Assembly: GCA_964016885.1 (NCBI GenBank) | Contig: OZ024745.1 | Span: 56,234,001 to 56,298,000 of the forward strand | From: Eledone cirrhosa | Taxonomy: Eukaryota | Direction: 5' to 3' | DNA length: 64,000 nt | Part shown: positions 51,638-64,000 of the stretch, one piece after another | How positions within the stretch are numbered: the first letter of the stretch is position 1 | Layout of the letters: the number at the start of each line of letters is the position of its first letter | Notes under the pieces: generated by a model | Told to the model about the DNA's origin: nothing | The model's database searches: none | What the model saw: only the letters and a program-made list of their open reading frames with translations | Translations under genes and position numbers: made by a program

Positions 51638-54112
51638 CTTTATTAGCCACAAGGGCACAAAAGAAGGGGACAAATACAAATGGGGAGTTTACATACAGGT
51701 ATATGAAAATAAAACTATTAATACAATAACAAATAACAATTGAAATCCCCAATAGGGGGGAGGTGTTACATAGGGGTTGTACACACCCCGAAAAAATGTA
51801 CAGCCCTCATCTCCAGAAGCACCAAGAGTGAGTACTCCCTTCCTCTCTTCCTCTTTTTCCTCAACCTACAGGCTTATATAGAGAGAAGGCCCAACCACTC
51901 GGGCCATCTTTGCCACATTCACCCACTATAAAATTTGCTGGGGCACAGCACCTCTCTCTCCATCTGATTCTTCTTCCAAAATGATATTTGAAAAAACGAA
52001 TCAGTGGCTCGCCGGAGAGAAAGGTGTCTAACCTCAGCCATTTTAACCTCGTCCACCATATAACCTCTTTCACCATAGCCATAACACATAGGAAAACCGC
52101 CTCTCCCTCGATTTTGAAGGAGGGTGTGGGTTTGATCATAACAATGGACTCGGTGGTCAACTGGATTGGTCCCACTCGCGACAATAGTCGTTCTACAGAG
52201 CCCCACAGGTCGGTAACGCCCGGGCAGTGTACAAATGCGTGTGCGACGGTTTCCTCGTCGCGCACGCATCTCGGACAGATCTTTTTCGAAGGGTGTCTAC
52301 CCAGGCGCCCGTGTCTGTATAGCTTGTCTCGAACTGGTAGAGCTCCTCGTAGCACTGACAGGCCAGGGACTTTTGGAAGTTGTCCATTGGTCCCGGGCGG
52401 AAGTTCCTACCGAACAGACTGGCCAGTTCGTCCTCCTCTACGCCTAGAGTTTCTCCGAGCGTGTCTCCACTTGCTGCGGACCAACCCTCAATAGAATGTC
52501 GAAGTGGAATCTCCACTGATCGCCGGGTCCGTTTGCCAGAGGACTGTGAGCGCCTGAGCACATTCGATGTGCCAGTCGCCCATTTTCCTCGGTCTTTGCT
52601 TGAACCAGGACTGCAGCTCGGTCAGCGAGACAAGTCGTGGGAAGAATCACCTCACGAATGAGGCCCATACCGGTTGTATGGTGAGGAATACGTGGAGGTG
52701 CCGCAGCCTGAGCGCGTGTTTTCGCATCGTCAGCCATGGCATCCCCAGCCCTCCGTTTGAAGGGTGTTGGCAGCAGATGGATCTTCTCACCAAAGGAGCC
52801 CGTTTCTTCCAAAGTAATTGGAAGAGCGCGCGCTTCATTTTGGTGTCTGTTTTGGCTGGAAAAGGCACAACGGTCAAGCGGTAGTAGATGACGGTCACCA
52901 CCTCCGCTCGACCTTTCAAGGATAGTTTGCACTCGGCTCACTTCTGGGTGAGCGCAAACACCTTGGCCGTCACCTCGTTCCAGTTCTTCTCCACCTGGAG
53001 GTCAGGACCAAACCAGACCCCGAGCAGCTTTACCGTCCTTCCGTCCAGCGTCCGACGACGTCATCGGAAGGCATCTGTTTGCCTCTCCACGTTCCGAGTT
53101 GCAAACCGACGGATTTGTCCCGGTTCAGCTTCGCTCCTGTGAACCTTTCATATTCCTCCAGTTAGGTGCCGATCTCCCCGATTTGCGAGGTGATCGACAC
53201 CATTGCTGTTATGTCGTCGGCGTAGGCCGACGCCGCTTTTCGCAGTCCCGGTTCCAAAGGGATGCCCTGCAATAGCTCCAACTTCCGCAGTAGTGGCTCG
53301 AGAGTCAGTACGTACATAATAGAGGAGAGAGGGCGCGCTTGTCAAATAAAACGCGTGATTGCGAACGGCTCCGATAGGTAGCCGTTCACCTTGACCCTCG
53401 AGCAAATGCTGCTGTGCATCGCCTCGAATCATCCTCTGAACACGGGACCGAAACCGGTCGCCTTGAGAACCGCTTTCAAGTATCGATGGTCGACCCTATC
53501 TAATGCCTTAGACTGATCCAAGTTGATCAGAGCCCCACCGAAGTTCGGTTACTACCCACCCTCTCTATGATGTATCGCATGAGGTGGAGGTTGTCGTGTA
53601 TGGACCTGGTCGGGATTGCACACGTTTGCGCTTTCCTTACCAGGTTCTCGACGACAAGCGCCAACCTCGTCGCTAGCACCTTGGCCAAAATCTTTAACTC
53701 TGTGTTGAGCAGAGTTATGGGCCTGAAGTTGTTAATTTCGTCCCCTTTGTTCTCGTCTTTCCTGATCAGCGTTACTACGCCCTTGCCTGCAGAACTGGGA
53801 ATTCTCCCGTTCTGCTGCCAGTTGCAGTAGACCGCTTCCAGGAGACCGGAGAACAAGTCCGGCATTGCTACGTAAAATTCGTAGGGTAGACCGTCGAGAC
53901 CTGGAGATTTGCGTTTGCCACATTAGCTAAGCGCGTCCTCTATCTCAGCGGCCGAAATCGGTCTTTCGCAGAACTTCGCCTCGCTGTCCAAGAGTCGCGG
54001 TAGGCCATCGAGGTATGAACTGAAATCCATAGCCCCTCCAGGCGCGCTGCCCTGCCCGAACAGTTGAGCAAAGTGTCGCTGAAAGGCCTGGCACATTTGC
54101 TTCGGCTCACGT
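51634..54112 (-). mobile_element. 5'-truncated, frameshifted Tx1-clade LINE (RT plus C-terminal zinc-binding region)
   Basis: NFRPITLLNTELKILAKVL and other ORF fragments are paralogous to 54744..56672. (GA)n lies at the 3' side and (GATA)n at the 5' side. Confidence 0.92.
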
Positions 54113-54142
54113 ATCTAATAGATAGATAGATAGATAGATATG

Positions 54143-54447
54143 ATTCTATATTGGCCACAGGGGCAAAAAAGAAGGGGACAAATACAAAGGGGGAAGTTTA
54201 CATACAATAAAAACGTGAAAAATACTATCACAAATACAATTTTAAAATTAATCGATTTTCCCCAATAGGGGGAGACATTTCATATGAGTAACATATACCC
54301 CCGAAAAAATGTGCAACCCTCATCTCCAAGAGTATGAAGAGTGTTTACCCCTTTCCTCTCTTCCTCTTTTTCCTCAACCTACAGGCTGATATAGAGAGAA
54401 GGCCCATTCACTCGGGCCATTCTCGCCACTTTCACCCACCTTTCATA

Positions 54448-54450
<3 letters not shown>
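54143..54450 (-). mobile_element. Short Tx1-clade LINE 3' end between (GATA)n tracts
   Basis: Similar to 51634-51930 and to the other Tx1 3' ends. Confidence 0.88.
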
Positions 54451-54529
<79 letters not shown>

Positions 54530-54743
54530 TTCTTTATTTACCATAAAGGCATAAAAAGAAGGGACAAATACAAAGGGGGAGTTTACATATAATCGAGTAA
54601 AAAGGGTGTAACATGAAAATAATCGAAAATAACCTCAAAAGGGAGGGGACGTGATGAGGGTTGCACACACCTCCGAAAAAGTGTGCAATCCTTTGCCCGG
54701 AGAGCACATGGAGAAGGTGCTCCCCTCTCCTTTACTTCTTTAC

Positions 54744-57700
54744 CTACAGGATGGTATACAGAGAAGGCCCATTTACACGAGCCATTCTCGCCACTATCAC
54801 CCACCTTTCATAAAACTGCCTGTGGCCAAGTACCTCTCTCTCCATTCTTATCCTTCTTCCGAAATGATATCGGAAGAAGTAGACCAGACTATGGCCAGAG
54901 AGGAAGTTGCCTGACCTCAGACCTTTCAATCGTGTCCACCAAACAACCTCTTTCAACATGGCTATTACGCACAGAAAAACCGCCTTTGCTTCCTTTGTGA
55001 AGAGGGGAGGCGGTTTGATTGTCATCACGGACTCGGCGGTCAATTTAATCGGCGCCACCCGCGACAGCAGTCGTTCAGCGTAGCCCCACAGATCAGCCAC
55101 GCCCGGACATTGCACCAATGCGTGCGCAACGGTTTCTTTGTGACGCACGCATCTAGGGCAAATCTTTTTTGAGGGATCCCTGCCCGGGCGCCCGTGTCTG
55201 TAGAGCCTCTCTCGAACGGGTAGAGCTCCCCGGTAGCACTGCCAGGCCAGTGACTTCTGGAAGTTGTCCATTGGTCCTGGGCCGAAAGTCCTACCGAACA
55301 GGCTGGCCAGTTCGTCTTCTTCCATGTCCAGCGACTCTCCAAGGGTGTCATCGCCCCTGCTAGCCACCAGCCCTCTATAGAATGATGAGGTGGATTCTCC
55401 ACCGATGGCCTGGCCCGCTTGCCAGAGAGCCCTGAGCGCCTGAGCACACTCAGTGTGCCAGTCTCCCAGTTTTCCGGATCTTTGCTTGACCCAGGACTGT
55501 AGCTCGGTGAGCGAGACGAGTCTCGGAAAGGCTCGTTTCACGAATGGAGCCCACACCGGTTGACCAGTGAGGAATACCTGTAGGTGCCGTAGCCGTAATG
55601 CGTGCCTACGCATCATCAACCACGGCATCCCCAGCCATCCTTTCGAAGGTTGTTGGAAGCAGATGGATCTTCTCACCATAGGAGGGCGCTTCTTCCAACG
55701 AAATTGGAAGAGCATGCGTTCCATGGTGGTGAGTGTTTCCTTAGGGCAAGGCACGACAGTCAGGCGGTAGTAAGTGACGGACGCTATGTAAATGTTCGCC
55801 ACCTCCGCCCGGCCTTTTAGGGACAGCTTACACTTGGCCCATTTCTGGGTTAGTGCAAACACCTTGTTCGTAACCTCGTTCCAGTTCTTTTCCACCTGGA
55901 GGTCCGGTCCAAACCAGACCCCAAGCAACTTTACCGGGCCCTCCGTCCAGTGTCCGACGACACCGTCAGGAGGCATCGGTCTGCCTCTCCACGTTCCGAG
56001 TTGCAGCCCGATGGATTTTTCCCGGTTCAGTTTCGCTCCTGACAACCTTTCGTACTCCTCCAGTAAGGTACCGATCGCCTCGATCTCCGAGTCGGTCGAT
56101 ACCATTACTGTTACGTCATCGGCGTAGGCCGACACCGCTTTTCTCAATCCTGGTTCCAGGGGGATACCCTGCAACAACTCCAACTTCCTCAGTAAAGGCT
56201 CGAGAGTCAATACGTACAGAAGGGAGGAGAGAGGGCACCCCTGTCGAATGGATCGTGTGATTTCGAACGGCTTCGAAAGGTAGCCGTTCACCTTGATCCT
56301 AGAACAGATGTGGTTGCTATGTAAGGCAGTTATCCAGCCTCTGAAAACAGGACCGAACCCAGCCGCCGCTAGCACCGCATCCAGGTAACCATGGTCGACC
56401 CTATCGAAGGCCTTAGACTGATCCAAGTTGATCAGGGCCCCACCGAAGCCGGGTTTGTTGCCAACCCTCTCTATGATGTATCGCATGAGGTGGAGGTTAT
56501 CGTGAATGGACCTGGATGGGATAGCACATGTCTGCGCATCTCCCACCAGGCCACCCACGACAAGCGCCAACCTCTTTGCTAACACCTTGGCCAAAATCTT
56601 TAACTCTGTGTTTAGCAGGGTTATGGGCCGAAAATTATTTATACTATCCCCCTTGTTCTCGTCCTTCCTCACCAGCGTTACTACGCCCTTGGCTACAGAA
56701 CAAGGAATTCTCCCGTTCTGCTACCAATTGCAGTAGACCGCTTCGAGGAGTTCGGAGAAGAAGACCGGCATTGCTAAATAAAGTTCGTAAGGTATACCAT
56801 CGAGACCTGGAGATTTGCGTCTGCTGCATTGGCTCAGCGCATCTCCGATCTCATCAGCCGAGATTGGTCCCTCGCAGGACTCTGCCTCTTCGCTCGAGAG
56901 ACGCGGCAGGCCGTCGAGGTATGGACCGAAATCCACGCCCCCGCCCGGACCCTCGCCTCCCCCGAACAATCGGGCAAAGTGCCTTTGAAAGGCCTCGCAC
57001 ATCTGCTTAGGCTCCCGGATCACCCGTCCATCTTCGTCTTGCAACGACCGGATGGTGGATCGATTTCCACTCTTAGCTTCTGTCACGCGGGCCCAGCCAA
57101 CGGCTTTGGTCCCCTCATTACCTAGAGCACGTATTTTACTTCGAATGACGTAGCCTTCGTGCTTTGCATCGAAAAACTGGTTCAAGGCCGTCCTCGATGC
57201 CAGCACTCTGGCCACATCTTCGCTCTTGATTGCCTCTTCTAATTTACCTGTTAATTCTTTCTCGTTTCTATTCCTATCGGCAGCTAACATCTTGCTATAA
57301 CTTATTGATTCTGTTCTAATCTCTCTTTTGAGAGATGCCCACCATCGGTTGTTGACGATTGCACCCGTCAACCTCTCCTTAACTAATCTGCTAATCCGGT
57401 TTCTGTAAGTCTCTTTTGCCGGTAAAGACAAATTAAGTTTCCAGTAACCGGGACCCTGTTTATGTGTTTTCTCGAGATTGACTACGCAGGTCACTAATTT
57501 GTGGTCCGTGTAGCCAACCGTGCGCATTTCTGGACAGCTTAATATGTCCCTATCCTTACTTCTAACTAAGAATCTATATAAGTACGATCTAGATTGACCA
57601 CTGTGGTTTCTCCAAGTCCAGGTAGGCACAGTTGGAAAATCTAGTCGATATCTATCGACCAAGTTAAAACGGTCGAGTAACCCCTTGAGGCTGTTACACC

Positions 57701-58175
57701 CCCCTCTATTAGGACATGCTCCTGCATAGTCCCAACGTGCATCTAGGATGTCATTCCAATCCCCCGCTAGAAGCAGGGAACGCGACGTTCCCAGAAAAGT
57801 CTCCAAACGCTGGAAGAAGTCGGGCCGTTCAGCTCCGAAAGGGGAGTAGACGGCGACCAGTCTCAAGGCCGCACTTTCACTACTGCTAACGTCTAGCACC
57901 AACAAACGACCCTCCGGGTCCGAGTGCACAACCTGTACGGCAAGACCCAGGTGTTTTTGCAGCAGTACGACAACCCCACCCCCACCTCCAGGTTGACAGA
58001 GAGATGCATTCACCTCAAAGTCATCGAAGGTAGGGGCCAGCTGCCGCACGACGCTGATTCGAGTCTCACAGATAACCATTACATTTATACTACATGACCT
58101 GAGGTCATTTAGAAGCTTTGCTTGCTTCCAAGTTGAGCCAAGGCCACGTGCATTCAAACATCCTACTCTTAACAA
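54744..58175 (-). pseudogene. Tx1 ORF2 (AP endonuclease, reverse transcriptase, C-terminal zinc-binding domain) with one in-frame stop
   Basis: LNARGL, GDWN, TDHK, GYWKLN, SPGLDG, LDQSKAFDRV, RQGCPLS, YADD and CPRC..H motifs. TAG at 56721-56723 where the paralog reads NWQQ. Confidence 0.93.
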
Positions 58176-58213
58176 CGCATGTGGGCGGCAGAGCCAAAGG
58201 AGAGTGTAGAGAC

Positions 58214-60143
58214 CTACCTTTCCGCTTCCCGGGGTTCGGGTTGCACGACTTCCGTGGGGTCGGGGGTGTTGGGTGAAGGGGTGTCTTGTGGTGGTGTGGG
58301 GTCGTCAGTGTGTGGTGGGGTTGGGGTGTTTGGAGTTGTGTTGGGGAGGGGAAGGGGAGGGGGAAAGCTTTTTAGTAGGACGCGGTTTATGGGTTTGATA
58401 GAGGGTGGTCCTACGTCCTCCTTAAAATCCTTTTTTAGTTTTTGGTAGAGGTTCATTGGGATCTTTATTAATTTTAAATGTGGGTAGTTTTCTGAAGAAA
58501 CAAAGTTTACACCTTCGGTTTGTACCGAAGGATTATTGTATATGAGTTCATTTAATTTATTATTGTTTCTGTTGATGTAAGTATAGTGTAATGTCTTTTT
58601 TTCGGATGGTGTGAGTGTTTCGAAGAGGGGAGGGGCAGGTTTGGTTTTGTTTGTTGCTGGAGGGGTGTTTTCTGTTTTGTTGGATTGTGTTGAGATTTGG
58701 GTGGGGGTTGTTTGGCCTTGTGTGTTTTGCACATGTTTTCTCTTTTTCCTTTTAATCTGTCTGAAGGACACCGTTTCTTCCTCCGAATTCGTTGGGTTAT
58801 CTTCAGTGTTGGAGGGAAGAGGTATGTTTGCTGGTAATGTTTCCGTGTTGGTTTTCTTTGTGGGGGAGATGGATGTCACTATGTTAGACTGTGTTGTGTG
58901 TTGTGTCTGCGGTGGTTGTGTTGTTTTATTGAGTGAGAGGTTGGGTGGGCCTGTATTTTGTTTTGGGGTAATGTGTTGTGACTGTTTGTGTTGTGGTGGT
59001 GGTGTGGTTTACTGAGGGACGGGTTGGGTGGGACTGAGTTTTGTTGTTGTTTATCTGTTGCGGTGGTGGTGGTGGAGCTGGTGTTGGTAGCAGGGTTTTC
59101 TTTTTGTTGAGTTGGGGACAAGCGGCCTTCAGGTGCCCTCTGCCTGCACAGATATGGCAGGACGGCCTTCTCCCCTCCACGCTAATGTTTATATACCCGT
59201 GGTCCTCTAATAGGATTCTGTTGGGTATTTGGGCGATGCGTTCAGGCTTCATTTGCACTACCAGCTCTATACCTGTTCCACTGAACGCATTGCCTGTGGT
59301 TTTCCCAATGGAAATCACGTTGTCATTCACTGGATCGATGAAGCCAGCTATGAGCCAGCAGTAGTCCACATCTGGCATCATTGCATCCAGCCATATGCGT
59401 TGAGTTCTTTTACCCATATAAGATGGATAAAAGGTAACATTTTTCGAACGAATCGGTGACAAAGCACATTTTTTTGCCGCCGATTCGTTCTTCATGATAA
59501 TTGCTAGACTTCCATACAGTCTGTCTTTTCTTATGAAAGTGGTTTCATTAAGTACTTCTGTGAGTACTGTTTTGATATCTGCTTGAGAAGGCTGTTCAGG
59601 TTTTTTTGTACTGTTGTTGATGGTCCGAAACTTGACCGTTCGGCTTTCAATGTCTTTGGTGAATTCTTGAGGCATTTTTACCGATAAAATACCATTCTCT
59701 CCTTCACTTATGTATTGTTTGGCGTCTGTGATCCTTCGTGCCACATCTGAAATATTTTCCTGTATATAAGTCAAAGATTTCTTTGTTTTCTGTGCAAATG
59801 AAATCTTGTCGTCTGCTTTGCTTTCTGTTATGGTGTTATTTTCAAATGTTATTTTTGTGTTTGTTGTGTCTTTGTTTGTGTTATTAGTATTGTCATGCAA
59901 TTTTTCAAATTTTTTTTTTTCGTTGTTGGAATCCATGTCCAGATTTGTGTTTTCGTCATTTTTTTTCTCCACAGATTCGTCTGTTTTTATTTTAATTTTT
60001 CCTTCCTTCTCTATGACGTTAGTTGGGAAGGAAGGGGGGACTAAAGCGTGCGAGCTTACAACTCTTACCGCTGTCCCCCCACCACTATTTTCGTTCGCTG
60101 CGTTTAACATTTCTGTTAGACGATTGAAATTTTTTTGCCACAA
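58214..60143 (-). CDS. Tx1 ORF1, gag-like nucleic-acid-binding protein, split into two frames at ~58926-59008
   Basis: CHICAGRGHLKAAC (CX2CX4HX4C) zinc knuckle, followed by a low-complexity P/T/K-rich region continuing in ORF 58214..58879. Confidence 0.8.
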
Positions 60144-60343
60144 AATTTTTTACAACAGGTTTTTCACCTCTAGGAGGGGTAAAGATGAGCTGACCCACCG
60201 CCTGACAGTTCAGACGGGGGGTCAAGCTACACAATTGTATCAAAATTAAGTTTTAACTCACAAAATTTCCTCAATAAATTTGAACAAAACTTCTGCGCGA
60301 AGTGAATTACATCCACACTGTAGAACAGACGACAGCTAGGATG

Positions 60344-60428
<85 letters not shown>

Positions 60429-61216
60429 TATCAGGCCTTGTGGAAATTTACACCCGATATCATTTGCCATCACTAGAAACTTATGCGTTCCCAGCCAGTA
60501 ATACAGGCGTGACGTAGCTGACATTTTTAGATTCACCTAGGGAAGTTGTCGACGACAGCATCTAATATTTATTTGCTATGATGTATTTGAGTATTGTATT
60601 TGCATTGTAAATGTATGACCTTCAAAGTGTGGCTACTATCAACAGTTACTTCATTTTGACTACACTGTACTTGTAGATTTTGTAACAATTTTCACCACTC
60701 GTTTGCTTTTATCTGATTTTGAATGCATCATTAGTTCAGCTAGCTTTTAACCCTGTTAATGGTATTGTTTTATTATGTTTAATCTACAAGTGTTGACAGG
60801 TGTTGTTTTATTTTTATCATATTTTCACATCTGAAAAATTCATTTCACGTGACAAAACATTTATAAGGGAAATAACTTCGGATAATAAATATTTACGAGT
60901 TATCTCCCTTACGTGTTCTCTCCTAATAGCATAAACATGAATATATATACAGTGTGGTAACCGTAGAAGAGAAGGATGTCGTCCTTGAACAATGTTTATA
61001 GCTTTTTAGGGCTCGCTCACCTTTTTATCAGGAATTGCAGTAAAAATGTCCGATATTTATCAAAATGTAAACCGACTTGATACCAATAAATCATCACTTG
61101 CATAACAGTGAGAGGTAATTTAATAAGCATGGCAGCGAATCGTCAGCGCTGTTGAGACGTTGAATAAAAAACCTAACAGTATTCGTTCTCTCTTCCTTAC
61201 TCTATCTCTCTTTCTC

Positions 61217-61410
<194 letters not shown>

Positions 61411-61613
61411 AGCAAGTGAATCCCGGGTTCTGTCGGCGGTAGCCACAGTAAGTAGGGTACTCAATGCATTAGTAGAGTGTAAACATAATATTTAATGCAG
61501 AAATGGCTTCTACAGAACTATAACTGCTTCATTGAAAAGAAATTATCATATGTATCAACAGAATATCCGTGCACAAAGAGAATTTCTACTATGAATAGAA
61601 ATATATATATATA

Positions 61614-62030
61614 CAATGATATTAAATAAATGGAAACTATATTTATAAAACCATATTTATTCTATCATATATATATCAAGGGTACCAAAACTTTGGTACG
61701 CTATCATCAAATAAAATACGGAGTGTGTTTTATAAATTTTGACCTAACGAAGGAAAATATATCTTAACGGTTCATGTTAAACTTGAACCGTTAAGGTATA
61801 TTTTCCTTGGTTATGTCAAAATTTATAAAACACACTCCGTATTTTATCTGATGATAGCGTACCAAAGTTTTGGTACCCTTGAAATATATATAATAGAATA
61901 AATATGGTTTTATAAATATAGTTTCCATTGATTTAATATCATTGAGTATTATACTCCAGAAAGGCTGTCGAGTGCTCTGAATCAGTTATAAACATTTATA
62001 TTTGTTGAATTACCAACAAATTGAATATGC
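61614..62030. repeat. About 330-bp palindrome (61614-61944) with a right tail, same family as 37075-38308
   Basis: Shares AAATATGGTTTTATAAATATAGTTT(T)CCATT and the tail TATACTCCA..GTCGAGTGC..ATCAGTTATAAA. Confidence 0.9.
61840..61900 (+). ncRNA. Type I hammerhead ribozyme (mirror copy at ~61658-61718 is mutated)
   Basis: UAUUUUAU-CUGAUGA-(GUACCAAA/UUUGGUAC)-GAAA-UAUAUA-UA-AUAGAAUA. Confidence 0.8.
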
Positions 62031-64000
62031 TTTCCCCACCTAGTGTTTAGTACCTTTAGAGTAAGATTCAATTTTGTAGGGTTAGGTAATTTACTGCGAT
62101 GCTTGGCCCTTAAAGGAAGCCGATTTCCAGAATAGAATCGGCATCCAAAGCCATTTAAGTAAACTGGTATTGGGCTGCTTTTCGTGGACTACACTGTTTT
62201 GCAATCACTTGGGCCAGGGCCCTAGCTTAAGAACAACATATTTTCTTCCTACACGATTCAAATGTTCTAAAGACGATTATGAATACTTCACATCAACTGC
62301 AAAAGCCAATCGTCCCACATTCTACAGAAACCGTCCCATTCTCTAAAAGTATTATTATTCAAAAATATATCCATCCAATCTATTAGGTTCCAAACTGTTT
62401 TAAAATCTTACCATCCGTGATCGTATCATCTTTTTATATAGCATTCCAGTGGTGACCAACCGACCTTTCAGTCGTGACCAATCTTTTTTCAAGCTTTTCG
62501 AACTGAAACATATATTTTTTTAAAGCGTTCCAGCCCTGATACTCCCTGCTTTTGTTCAAGAAACTATAGTCCTTTTTTATCTTTTCTCGTGTGATTAATC
62601 CGTAAGTATTGAACTAGAAATGAAAATAATCATAAATTGATATTGAAAATTAAAAATATTACCGAATGTTACCGAATATTACCGAATGTTATCGAAAAAG
62701 GAAATTATATAATATGAAGAAATCATCAGGTGTCATCAGGTGTACAAGAGATATGAGGCCACAAACCGAGAGCAAATATGTGATTCCACACTAATGCTGC
62801 AAAATCTTTAAAAAAGAAGTTCGATCGCCACAGTTACTGCGCCCTAAATTTTAAGATGGATTAGGTAAATTAATGTAACTCTATACGATACTTAAAAGGC
62901 TAAACATCTAACGAGAAAAAAAATAGGCAACGGGGAATATTAAATATTAGTTATTAATTGATATTATTTTAATTTTTCCAACAACCCTGAAAGACAGCCT
63001 TGCACATGTTTCCGACGAAGATAGATTTGGCTCCATTTGACGAATTAGTTATAGATAAATAATCTAGTAAATATTCATTTTCGTACGAAAATATATTTGT
63101 CAATACGAAATCTGCATGGAAATGAGTTATTTTTATGGTTTTATATTTTTCTAATTTTCCCATGTAAACTGATGAACCAAAAGAACCCATATACTTGAGT
63201 CTATATTCTTCTGTGTGGCAACGTAACCCACCTCATTCAATTTATGAATGAAAAAAAAAACAGCTCATATGTTGTTGCAGTTAAAAGTAATACATTAATA
63301 TAACAATATTGGAATTCTTGCGAAAGCCATTCCTCCGCCAACTAAATCGTAAAAATTGAATCCCACTCTGTTTCTTCGGGACAAAGTAAATTAATTATCT
63401 TCTACTCCTGCAATAGTTTTTCTTCTTTTGTTCCTGAAAATGTTTAGTCTTTACTGCTAAAAATGTGAAATTTATTCGTACCAGGACAACTATTTCAAAT
63501 ATTGCAAATAATTTAAAAACCATTATTGCAGCTTCTCGCAAGAAAAGAGCATTCAAATTGAAATCATAAAATCCCATTGAATACTGTAAAAATGCTTTTG
63601 AAAAATGAGTTCAGTCAAATGCTGATACAATTAGCGAATGCCATTTGGGTTGGCTTCGTATTCTTATAAAATGACAAAGGAGTATAATTTAGACGTTAGA
63701 ATTTTTTCTGGAATATATATTAGGCTAGTGAATAAATATTGCAAATACCCGCTGTAGCAAAGTGTACAGCCACCGGAAATAACATCTGTGAAATATACAG
63801 CGCTAGCTACCTCAACGTGAAAAAAAAAGAACCCTTAAAAGCTACCAGAATAAACGGCTACACAGCGGCTAAACATCAAACGATTATTTCTGTATATATA
63901 GAGTGGTTCCAAACACTCAGCAGTCGACTTTTAGCAGAGTCAGCTAGCGCATCGTTGGTCCTTTACTATGCCACGCTTTGTCACTCACACACGCCTTGTA

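Larger units (their letters stand above)
54529..60343 (-). mobile_element. Near full-length Tx1-clade (L1 group) non-LTR retrotransposon, about 5.8 kb
   Basis: 5' UTR, ORF1 with a CCHC knuckle, ORF2 with APE-RT-zinc finger, and a 3' UTR with AATAAA. Bounded by (GATA)n at 54451-54528 and ~60343-60428. Confidence 0.95.

Noticed and set aside
54651-57125. Plus-strand ORFs overlapping the Tx1 element
   Set aside because: Antisense shadows of GC-rich ORF2 with no recognisable domains.
63720-64000. Possible promoter (CCGGAA ETS-like site, higher CpG)
   Set aside because: Short motifs only, and no associated gene within the window.

Overview
AT-rich, microsatellite-dense eukaryotic DNA. The SINE families resemble, from memory, octopus SINEs, so an octopod cephalopod origin is inferred, not verified. 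No host protein-coding gene could be supported. The window is almost entirely retroelement-derived. It holds a near full-length Tx1-clade LINE (54.5-60.3 kb) plus four 5'-truncated relatives, all embedded in (GATA)n or (GA)n tracts. It also holds Penelope-like elements (RT/GIY-YIG), degraded R4/Dong-, RTE- and CR1/L2-like fragments, two tRNA-derived SINE families and a probable non-autonomous Helitron. The most striking signal is a set of non-coding elements carrying hammerhead ribozymes (HHR), inserted in (TA)n tracts. One form is a 518-bp unit present as about 1.4 tandem copies at two loci with different end points (retrozyme-like). The other form is long fold-back palindromes with a type I hammerhead in each arm and a one-sided tail. 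In several otherwise unrelated families that tail begins with a shared ACTC...GAG(T/C) hairpin placed right at the element boundary. All alignments and RNA folds were done by eye, so coordinates may be off by a few bases.
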